Below are positions 54,120 to 64,000 of a DNA stretch of 64,000 nt, one piece after another (position 1 is the stretch's first letter; every line of letters begins with the position of its first letter). Position numbers and translations under genes: made by a program. Source of the stretch: Octopus vulgaris (lineage: Eukaryota); NCBI GenBank assembly GCA_951406725.2, contig OX597821.1, forward strand, positions 46,934,001 to 46,998,000. Reading direction: 5' to 3'. A model generated the notes under the pieces. The model saw only the letters and a program-made list of their open reading frames with translations. It searched no databases and had not been told where the DNA came from.

Positions 54120-54381
54120 AAAATGACAAAGGAATAAAATGATTATCTTATGAACTTCCTTAGCTTACTGCTGTTTCTGCAATGAAATGCAGTGGACTCA
54201 TGGTTGAGGGCCTGAGTAACGCCTTATAGCTTCATCGGAGCGTCGAATATGAAGTGCAATTTATTAGCACGATGAAGCTGTGAGACACTCAGCTATAAGT
54301 CCACTGCGTCTAATAGCACGAAACAGCTGTAAGCTAGTGAAGTTCATAAGATAATCATTTATTCCTTTGGCATCTCATTTT
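54120..54381. mobile_element. Fold-back element with decayed hammerhead-like arms
   Basis: Arms 54120-54177 and 54320-54381 are inverted; contains GAAACAGCTGTAAG, as in the 4299-4550 element. Confidence 0.6.
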
Positions 54382-54715
54382 CTTACACGTACATACATAC
54401 AGGCATACATGCATACCTGCATACATGCATACATACATACATACACACACACATACATACATACATAAATACACACATACATACATACATAATTAAATAA
54501 ATAATCCATGTTACAATCCAAACCGGTTCCATTTATTTGATGATATTTATTGGATTCCATCTAATAAACTGATTCTTGCAATGATTTTTATTTATATATA
54601 CGAAATATGAAAAGAATCCCTTAAATAAAGCATGATTAAAAAACCTTGGAATCCTAGGAAATAATGCCCTAAACGGAAGAAGTATTTTCATCCGGAAATA
54701 AAAAATATATATATA

Positions 54716-55480
54716 CAGAGTGTTTCAAAATGTTTGATATTATTTGAGATGTAAATATCACAGAAACTAGATAGTCAAAGCAAATGAAACTAAACAGGCT
54801 TAATGTTGAGCAACATAAGATTTATGCCTCCAAATTTGAATGAGAAATTCAAAAGTATGTGGATTCCAAAAACAATTTCACAAATGTTCAATATGCGCAC
54901 CGCCTGAGATACAGCACACGGCAAGTCGGTAGTGCAGCTCCTCCCAAACACGCTGCAGCATGTCTTGGGTAACAGTCTCCAGTGTGGTAGTGATTCTCTG
55001 CTCAAATTCCTTTAGGTTTGCAGGAAGAGGCCGGACATAGACCAGGTCCTTCACATAGCCCCATGTTTGCGCTTTCGCTTGTCACCTGCTGTAATGGCCT
55101 GAACGATCTGCGGCTTGTAGGGTTTCGTTAGCAAGCGTTTCCTCAGGACGCGCCAAACTCTCGTTGGAAGAATCTGGGTTTCCAGATTTGTTCTTCTTAT
55201 GGACTTCTTGGGCTTCGCAAGAGATTTTGGCGAAAGCACTCGACCGTCTCTTCTGATGCTAGTGGTCGTCCAGATTCTTTTGCCCTGCACAGACAGCCTT
55301 CCTCTTTAAATGTTTTCTGCCATGTCCAAATCTGCATTGCCATTGGTGACTTTTTAAAGAACTCTCTCACAAATTCACGCTGCACAGTCTTGTGCTGTGT
55401 TTCTGAGCATACTCCAACACACAAAAACGCCTTTTCTCTTCCAGGAAATGTAATTTCTATACCTGAAAAGATAAACGCAT
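54716..55480 (-). mobile_element. Tc1/mariner-superfamily (DUF4817-type) transposon, internally deleted
   Basis: N-terminal TVQREF..F.K.P..IW.W..F.E.G.L..K.SGRP and VWRVLRKRL..KPYK.Q.VQ joined to C-terminal DMLQRVWEELHYRLAVC..GGAHIEHL*; left end TA|CAGAGTGTTTCAAAA; right end unclear. Confidence 0.8.
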
Positions 55481-55899
55481 CAAACATTAAACATAATATA
55501 TATACATATAATATGTGTGTGTGTGTGTGTGTGAAGCTAATTCATATTTGTGCATGTCCTCTTGTCTATTAACCTTATTCATTTATTTGAATTTACTGTA
55601 TATATGTACACACGCGCGCGCACATATCCATTATATATATTTTAACAAGAATCAAAGTGAGATAGTGTGAACTAACGTATTTAGAGAGGTCAGCTTGTCA
55701 GTAAACCACACCCATTTTTTCAAAATAAATTATTTGTTGTTGATTAGTTATTTAATCATGTATTCACTTGTATGTTAGAGTCTTTCTCTGCGCAAATATT
55801 TACTAACTGTTTCAACTTGCAATATAAATATACCAAATGAACTCCTTACCTTAGCTAAAGTATAGCATCTATTTCAAGTCGTATTTTTTGAGATTGTAA

Positions 55900-55957
<58 letters not shown>

Positions 55958-56149
55958 GTGATTGTGTTGGTGAATTTTAATTCCATGTTGTCCTCGACGA
56001 GAGGACTGACTAATTAAATGATTAGAAGGGTTAAATGAGATGGGTGTATTCAGTAGTATGCGACCATAGTGAAGCAGTGGTTGGACAGCAGAGGCAGAGA
56101 CGGTGGTAGTTTAATAAAAGCTAGGTTTGAAAGTTAGAGTGACTTTGGA

Positions 56150-56645
56150 GTGTTTGTATATCGATCAGGTATATACAACGGCGGTGAGACTAACTGTTGC
56201 TGAGGGATCATGAGATAACGATGGTATAAGCGGAGTGAGGAGAATTGTGAGAAATGAAATCACAGAACACGAATAGGTATCCTTGATGGTAAAGAACAGG
56301 CAACCGAAGAGTGTAGAGGAATGAAAATGGCATATTTTGAGCCACAATAACTGGAAGTTTTTGTTGTCAGTATCCACGAGAGTGACTGGAAAAGTGCGGA
56401 CTATGTACACCCATATCTGTTTCTCTTCAAAGCAATGGAGAATGTAGTCTAGGCAACTGAAGTCGGACACAGACAAAGAGTCGGGAATTTTACTGATTGA
56501 AAGGAAGAGGTTTTGTAGTTTGATTACTAATGGGTGTTCGGTGGAACCTACACTGGAATGCAGTTTTGGAAGCTTTCGTGAAATAGAGAGAGGGACAAAT
56601 CTTCCGCGGACTTGCTCGTGATTATGATTTGTTTTAGTTTCATAA
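56150..56645 (-). mobile_element. Old LINE remnant, possible AP-endonuclease N-terminal region
   Basis: Weak resemblance only: VRG..., VYIVR...FQLLWLKI; degraded. Confidence 0.35.
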
Positions 56646-56736
56646 TTCCACTTTATCTGGCCGTAGAATATGTCACTAACTACAAATATGATCTCATAAA
56701 AAATTCCAAGATATCAATGAACTGAAAAAGTTAGAG

Positions 56737-56942
56737 CAGTGCTTTTCAAACTTTTTGCTGGAGCGGAACCCCAAGGAAGCATTCCACTGGCTCGAGGAAC
56801 CCCTGTGCAATAATTGTGCAATAATGTCTTATGCACACATATCTGCACAGGAGAATTAAAAATTACTGCCGATTTTAGCAGTTTTGTAACTTCTTGCGGA
56901 ACCCCTGGACTGTACTGGCGGAACCCTGGTTGAAAACCACTG
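56737..56942. mobile_element. hAT (Charlie-like) MITE
   Basis: TIRs CAGTGCTTTTCAA / TTGAAAACCACTG; 8-bp TSD AGTTAGAG / AATTAGAG; repeated subterminal GCGGAACCC motifs. Confidence 0.88.
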
Positions 56943-58196
56943 AATTAGAGTATCAACCACAAAACAAAAATCATACACAGATCCTCATACCGACGTCAGA
57001 CAGTGAGCATCTGCTGGGAAACATTTCCATATCTAACAAACTCGTGTCCATGTAAAATAAAATTTTAAAAAGTGTAATGGCATACCGCACCTCTAGAGAA
57101 CAAGTACATGAATTCCTTTTTTATGAGTTCCAAAGTAGGTCTGTCTTTATAAGTAAAGGAATAGTCACCCGGTAATATTTTATAAACAGTAATGTTTACA
57201 ACTGTATTTTAACAGAATTATGTTTATATGTTTACACCTGCATTTGTTTCCGCTAAGTGGGTGGTGGATACGGTTATCGCTGTAGTAATTAATATATTAA
57301 CATCAGTTATATATCAGTGATATTTTGTCTAATTACAGGCAGAGTAGGATTTGGGTAATTAATTTTGTGAGAGAATTATTAGGGAGAAAGATTATACATG
57401 ATATACGATTAATTAAAACATATTATCCTTCATATTGGCAATTATTTTATGATGATAAAGCGAATTTTGAAAGCAAATAATTATAATGTTTGTCATTATA
57501 TAGAGTAACTGACGGTGTTTTTAGGGGAGAATAAAAAGGGGAAAGGCTAGTATAGTGAATGTTCACTCTATCATACGAGCGGTACCGTGTATTAAAGGTT
57601 TCTTCGGATGTACTTTTCATCTATAATTTATGGGAAGGTGTATCAAAAGCGATGTATATAGTTCTAGATGTATGTGGTTATGATGTCTTTGTCTAACGTA
57701 TTTGTATTTGAAGTGCATTTGATGAAAAGGTATTTATATAAACGTTAATTTTTAATGTTTTAATCTTTGAATGTTTTATATAAATATCACACAAGCAAAC
57801 AAGCCAGCTTCTCTCCTTTTTATCCCCTTCAAAAAGACCTAACATAATTAGTTGCATTTAATATTCGACTCATTACCATAAAGTAATTATCAATATCATT
57901 AATTACAGCATGTATTAATTGGTTATATATAATGTATGTATCTTCCTAATAATTTTCTTACAAAATTAAGCACCAAATTATACTCTGAATTCTCTGTTAC
58001 CCACCCCACAGCATCAGCTTTACGTGTGCGTTCGCGCATGTGGACATATATACATGCATACATATTTACATACACACATATACACACATGCACATATATA
58101 TGTGTGTGCGCGTGTATATACACACACACACACGCACGCAGTGTGTGTATATCAATCAGTGTATATATTGTTATCATAAAAAGTTAATCTCACACG

Positions 58197-58270
<74 letters not shown>

Positions 58271-58674
58271 ATTTGGGGATGTTCATGTTTCCAATTTAGC
58301 CAATGAAAACACACGCACTATGTATTTGGTGTTCAGTTGCTTCAGCGTTATTTCATATTAATTGTGTTTCGGCCAGAGTTCTTTCGTCACACTTCTTTGA
58401 CCTCGTCAGTGGCCCTTTGCTTTCTTCTTTCTTTTTTGGGGTATCTCCTTCCTAATGATCTTCTATTTTGAATTCCTGTTTTACGTGTCTTTATTTGAGC
58501 ATGCGTATATCCCTGTGTGTGTCTATGCTTAGTAAGTGTGCGCGCGTGTGTGTGTGTGTGGGGGGTGTATGGTACCTGCATTATCAGTATCCCATGTTTA
58601 TTCACGTTCGTTTAATTTAATTTAATTTAATTAATTTATTTGTTTTTATTTACTTACTATACACATATATATAG

Positions 58675-58727
<53 letters not shown>

Positions 58728-59483
58728 CATACATATATATAGCAAGACAATATTTATGAAATTAGTTGAGAAAACGTGTAGAAATGTGAAATGAAACAAC
58801 AACAAAAAATGTGTATAATGAATATACAATGAAAGCAGATCAATGAAAGGAATAGAAAAGTATCTGACTTTCGTGTTAAACCCTGAATCATTGAGAAGGA
58901 AACGAAACAAGAAAAGTAAGGGAAAACGATTTAGAAAAGATAACAAGTTTACGGCATTCGGTTATATTGCAAGCTTAGTGTAAAAAGGAAAATGGAGAGT
59001 GGGATACGGGACACAAAATCTGGATCAAACTGGCCGTAATTAGGAAAAAGAGAACGGGACAGAGGGCGAGAAAGAGAGAGAGATGAACAAAGACGTAAGA
59101 GTGGGAGAGAGTGAGAGACGAACAAAGAAGGAAGAGAGAAGGAGAAAGAGAAACAAAAGGAAAAGAACGATTGGGGAAGAGAATGAAAATGGGGAGCAAG
59201 GGAACTCAAACCATCGTTGCGTTTGTGCATAGTGATGTGCCACGTATGTGTATGTTAAACTGCGTATAACAATATATAATTGGTTTACCTATTTAACCAA
59301 CAGTGAGTCCTGCAATATAATATGAATGCAAATATACATGTATGTAAATATACCAATATATATACACAATCATATAAATTCACATATGCATACGCAAACA
59401 CACACATATATAGTCAAACATCCGTATGCATACTAATGGATATGCTTGCGAATATGAAAGATGTAATAAATTTATAGAGCGGT

Positions 59484-59865
59484 GGAAGCACTCCGTCGGT
59501 TACGACGACGAGGGTTCCGGTTGATCCGATCAACGGAACAGCCTGCTCGTGAAATTAACGTGTAAGTGGTTGAGCATTCCACAGACACGTGTACCCTTAA
59601 CGTAGTTCTCGGGGATATTCAGCGTGACACAGAGAGTGACAAGGCCGGCCCCTTGAAATACAGGTACAACAGAAACAGGAAGTAAGAGTGAGAGAAAGTT
59701 GTGGTGAAAGAGTACAGCAGGGATCACCACCATCCCTGCCGGAGCCTCGTGGAGCTTTAGGTGTTTTCGCTCAATAAACACTCACAACGCCCGGTCTGGG
59801 AATCGAAACCGCGATCCTACGACCACGAGTACGCTGCCCTAACCACTGGGCCATTGCGCCTCCAC
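59484..59865 (-). mobile_element. SINE family C, full-length
   Basis: Head GTGGAGGCGCAATGGCCCAGTGGTTAGG...GGTTTCGATTCCC; TSD TATAGAGCGGT (59473-59483) / TATGGAGCGGT (59866-59876). Confidence 0.9.
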
Positions 59866-60561
59866 TATGGAGCGGTATGGATGTATTGAACTCGTTTATG
59901 GTAAATGAGGGATAGCTGTGTGCATGTGTATGAATGTTGCGAGACATGGTGAAAATGAATGTATAGGTTTCTTTGTTGTATATAAGATGACATGGATTAT
60001 TTATCATTTTGAGTGCATATCAAGTAAGTAGTTATATCTAAATGCAAGTGTGTGTGTGTGTGAGTGTGTGTGTATGTGTGTGTGCGTGTGTGTGTGTTTG
60101 CCTGTGGTATGTTGAGTCTATGTGATGTGTAAATTTAAGATTACTGAATGAGGTCTGTGAGATGTGTTTACGTAAGGCGCCTTTTGTTGGTGTGTAATGT
60201 AGTAGGGTGGATTGCACTGCTATATGATGCATTAATGTAAAGGAGACAAGGCTATTCACACACGTATTAGGAGAGTTGCCAAACTGGAAAATCAGGCGTT
60301 GTTCTCCATGCTCTCAAGAAGCACGGCTTGAAGTAGAAAAGTAGAAAATAGTGCATGCGCTTGAGTTGGACAAAGTCAGGCTCGCAATGTAGTATTGTTT
60401 AAGATATCTCATAACTGTTCACTTGTACGATTGATATAAAAGGCCACAAAATTGTTATTTAAGACCAGTGAGGCTGAACCCGGAACCATGAAGTTGGGTA
60501 GCAAGTTTCTTACAGCACAGCCATTCTTGCGCTTACACACACACACACACATATGAGTATA

Positions 60562-61436
60562 CGAGGTGGTATCAAGAGGTTTCTGGACTATTTATGCTTA
60601 ATAAAAGATAATTTATTTACCTAACCTTTAACATCCTCTCCTTCGAAGTAGTCATCTTGCGCAACAATACAACGGTCCCAGCGTTCGTGCAACTTTTGGA
60701 ATCCGGCCTGAAATTCATTTTCCGTAAGCGAGTCGATGACCTTCTGCAGCTCGATCTGGATCTCCACAACGGTGTTAAAATGGCAATCTTTGAGCTGCTT
60801 TTTTTTATCTTGGGGGAAGAGATGGAAGTTCACAGATGCGAGATCTGACGAATAGGGCAGGTGTGTGGAAGTGATACTGAGATTGTTTTGAGCGAGAAAC
60901 TGACGAGTGAGGAGAACTCGGCGAAGGATCCAATTTTTCGCGTTTCGCTGATCCGGTAGCTTTGGCTGAACGTCCTCCCTCAGGGCGTAGCTGTAGAACT
61001 CTCGATTGACCATCTGGCTCAGTGATACGAATTCTTGATGCACAATACTACATTTCTTGAGTCACGCTTGTGGTAGGTCTTCTAGGGATGTTTCACCGCT
61101 ATTGAAGCGCTCGTACTACTCGGAACATTGCGTACAACCCTTTGCCTCATCGCCGGAAGCTTGCCGAACTATGTTCTATGTCTCTCTAGTAGATTTCGCA
61201 AGTTTAATGCAAAAATTTACGTTTTGTTCTTAGTTCCTGTCTCAGACAAAATCGCAGTCTGCAGCATACACGTGATCATAAAAAACATATTTCACAACTT
61301 GCGAAGTAAGCACAGCCATGTCGCTCGGCACACAGTCCCATGAAGATTACTGCTAGCTCTTACTACGCATGCAACCATGTGCTGCCATCTGTTGGTGTGA
61401 TATAGAACTAGTCCGGGAACTTTTTGGCACCACCAC

Positions 61437-61437
<1 letters not shown>
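60562..61437 (-). mobile_element. Mariner DNA transposon (second family), internally deleted
   Basis: ORF 60621-61043: HLPYSSDLA..FHLFP..K.QLK...RWDRCI...DYFEG; TIRs CGAGGTGGTATCAAGAGGTTTCTGGACTA and rc CGTGGTGGTGCCAAAAAGTTCCCGGACTA; TA flanks. Confidence 0.9.
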
Positions 61438-61527
<90 letters not shown>

Positions 61528-61549
61528 TGTATGTATGTATGTATGTGTG

Positions 61550-61581
<32 letters not shown>

Positions 61582-62271
61582 AGGCTATGAATCATCCTTG
61601 TGCTGATATTTACGAGCCTGGCTCCATAAAACTAATTAAAAACTTCTAAAGCAAAATGTACTTTGTTTAGTCAAGAATGTCATTACTGTCTTCCACATTT
61701 ACGCAAAATGTTATGTCTTTGTTGAGTAGTAAATAATGTAGTAAGAGCTAGTAGTTTAAAGAAAACGTTAAATATTATAAGCATCCACAGCCTAGTTAGA
61801 GGAAACACAAAAGAAATGTTACGCGGTTTAATCCATCATAATCAACGTCACTACCTCAATTGGAAAATAATTTTTCCGTCTTATAAGATTCCACCTATGT
61901 CCCGGGCAAAAGAATATAAAATATTCAGAATTAGCTATTCAACACGTACACACTTGGCTAATATGTTATCATATATTATCAGTAATGAATAATTTGAATA
62001 ATTAATAAACCAAATAGCATCACCACCGTAAAGTACGATTTCCATTTAAATAAACTAAACGTTTACCAAAGATAACTCTTTTGCAAAATTAGATACTAAG
62101 TCAGTCACAATCAAATTTAACAATGATAAGAACACCACGGATTATGCCGAATGAACAACAAATGAATTTAAGCTCCGATACCGCCGAGTTTATTACACTC
62201 TCGTAGGTTTACAGACGCGATTCAACAGTAACTTCGCAACGAACGTTTGTTACTTCTAAAACAGTAACATA

Positions 62272-62669
62272 TCTTTATATATAAAAGTCAAGTTGTTTGT
62301 CCGTCTCCTACGATTTAGATTCCTAACTACTCCCACATTTTGCGGTGCAGTTTAACCAAAACCGGGTATCTTATAGTCGTGATTCATATCGAGCCCTTCT
62401 GGGTATTAGCGCGCGTCTACGATGAGTCTACAATTTAAAAAAAAATTTACCATCATTTTTTTCCATTTTAATGCATTTTTTTCGCTATTATATAAGGGAA
62501 GTAACTCTCTAAAAATGTCTACGATGAGTCAACGATTTAAAAAAAATTTACCATAATTTTTTTTCCATTTTGAATGCATTAATTTGCTATTTTTTGGCTA
62601 TAACTCTCTAAAAATGCTTAAATAGTTATTTCCCTTACAAACCCGAGCAACGCCGGGCGATACTGCTAG
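62272..62669 (+). mobile_element. Non-autonomous Helitron with internal tandem duplication of about 100 bp
   Basis: 5' A|TC start, 3' hairpin CCCGAGCAACGCCGGG then CTAG|T; internal repeat about 62416-62517 / 62518-62616. Confidence 0.88.
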
Positions 62670-63320
62670 TTACATATAAAATTATGAAGCGGCTGCTAGG
62701 GTCAGTTAGATCTTTAATCTATACCTAACCGAGAAGAATCAAAATTAAAACAAACAGTGAAGAAATAAATCGTGTGCATATCAATTAGCTTACATATGCG
62801 TTATTAGTTGCTTGGACAAATATATGTCACCAAATGAATCATGAAATGACTCGATAATTGTTCGAAATAAAATGGCATTGAATTAATGAGATTCACCTTC
62901 GTTGGAATAGAATTCTCTTAATTCATTCTTAATTAATACTCATAAGAAAATATTTAAAAATTAGTTCTTGCTGCAACAGTTAAACCGATATATTTAATAA
63001 ATTTATCCATTATTCATGAAAAACGATTTAAACGCATGCGTATAGACTCAACGAACCCTCTCCATCTCCATTGCATCAAGCAATGGCAATTAGCATTTAC
63101 AACGAGGTATAACTACAGAATAGATAACGTTTATATTGATAATAAATTAAATATAAAAATATAAAGGTAGAATTACGAAGACTTTCTTTACATTATTTGC
63201 TGATACACACATACACATGCAAGCACGCATATTTATATTTCTACACTTGTGTATATATGTGTATATATAAATATATATTATGTGTGTATATATATTATGC
63301 ATGTATATATATATATATGC

Positions 63321-63487
<167 letters not shown>

Positions 63488-63525
63488 CACACACAAATGT
63501 GTTTATATGTTAGTGTGTGCGTTTG

Positions 63526-63584
<59 letters not shown>

Positions 63585-63735
63585 GCATATATGTGTTTGT
63601 ATGCGCGTGTTTTGTGTGCGCACGCGCACTTGTGTATGAAAAAGCTGGAGAGAGAAAGTGACAGAGAAAGATTCATGTTAGTATTACCATATATTTCTCA
63701 CTGTCTTATTTTCTCTTATTTTCTCTTTTTTCGGT

Positions 63736-63780
<45 letters not shown>

Positions 63781-63822
63781 ACATACATATGCACACATAT
63801 ATATATATATATATATATACAC

Positions 63823-63877
<55 letters not shown>

Positions 63878-64000
63878 AAATATATATATGTATACACCCA
63901 CACCCACACACTCACACACACACACATACACACACACACACATACACACACACACACATATATATATATACACACTCATGTACAAAAAGCAAAACATACA

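Noticed and set aside
59795-59865. tRNA genes at SINE heads
   Set aside because: A and B boxes are present, but the sequence continues into SINE bodies with tails and TSDs; no complete cloverleaf

Overview
Eukaryotic, AT-rich and very microsatellite-dense genomic DNA. The repeat families suggest an octopus (coleoid cephalopod) intergenic or intronic region, which is an inference. No intact host protein-coding gene is supported: most ORF-track entries are translated (TA)n/(CA)n/(GATA)n tracts, and the protein-like ones are decayed transposon remnants. These are a Tx1/L1-clade LINE, an R4/Dong-like LINE, a Penelope GIY-YIG fragment, three Tc1/mariner remnants and a Helitron RepHel fragment. The window also holds many tRNA-derived SINEs in at least 3 modular families, two copies of a GG-ended MITE with 8-bp TSDs and internal (CCCTAA)n, a hAT MITE, and non-autonomous Helitron-type elements. 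Main leads: (1) a Tx1-type LINE and a SINE that share a 3' tail and repeatedly abut the same GGTATT site inside a SINE head, suggesting a target-specific LINE/SINE nesting system; (2) several non-coding fold-back or direct-repeat elements in TA tracts carrying minimal type I hammerhead ribozyme motifs, with near-intact ones at 53454-53515 and 4388-4430; (3) a candidate spliced non-coding transcript on the minus strand.
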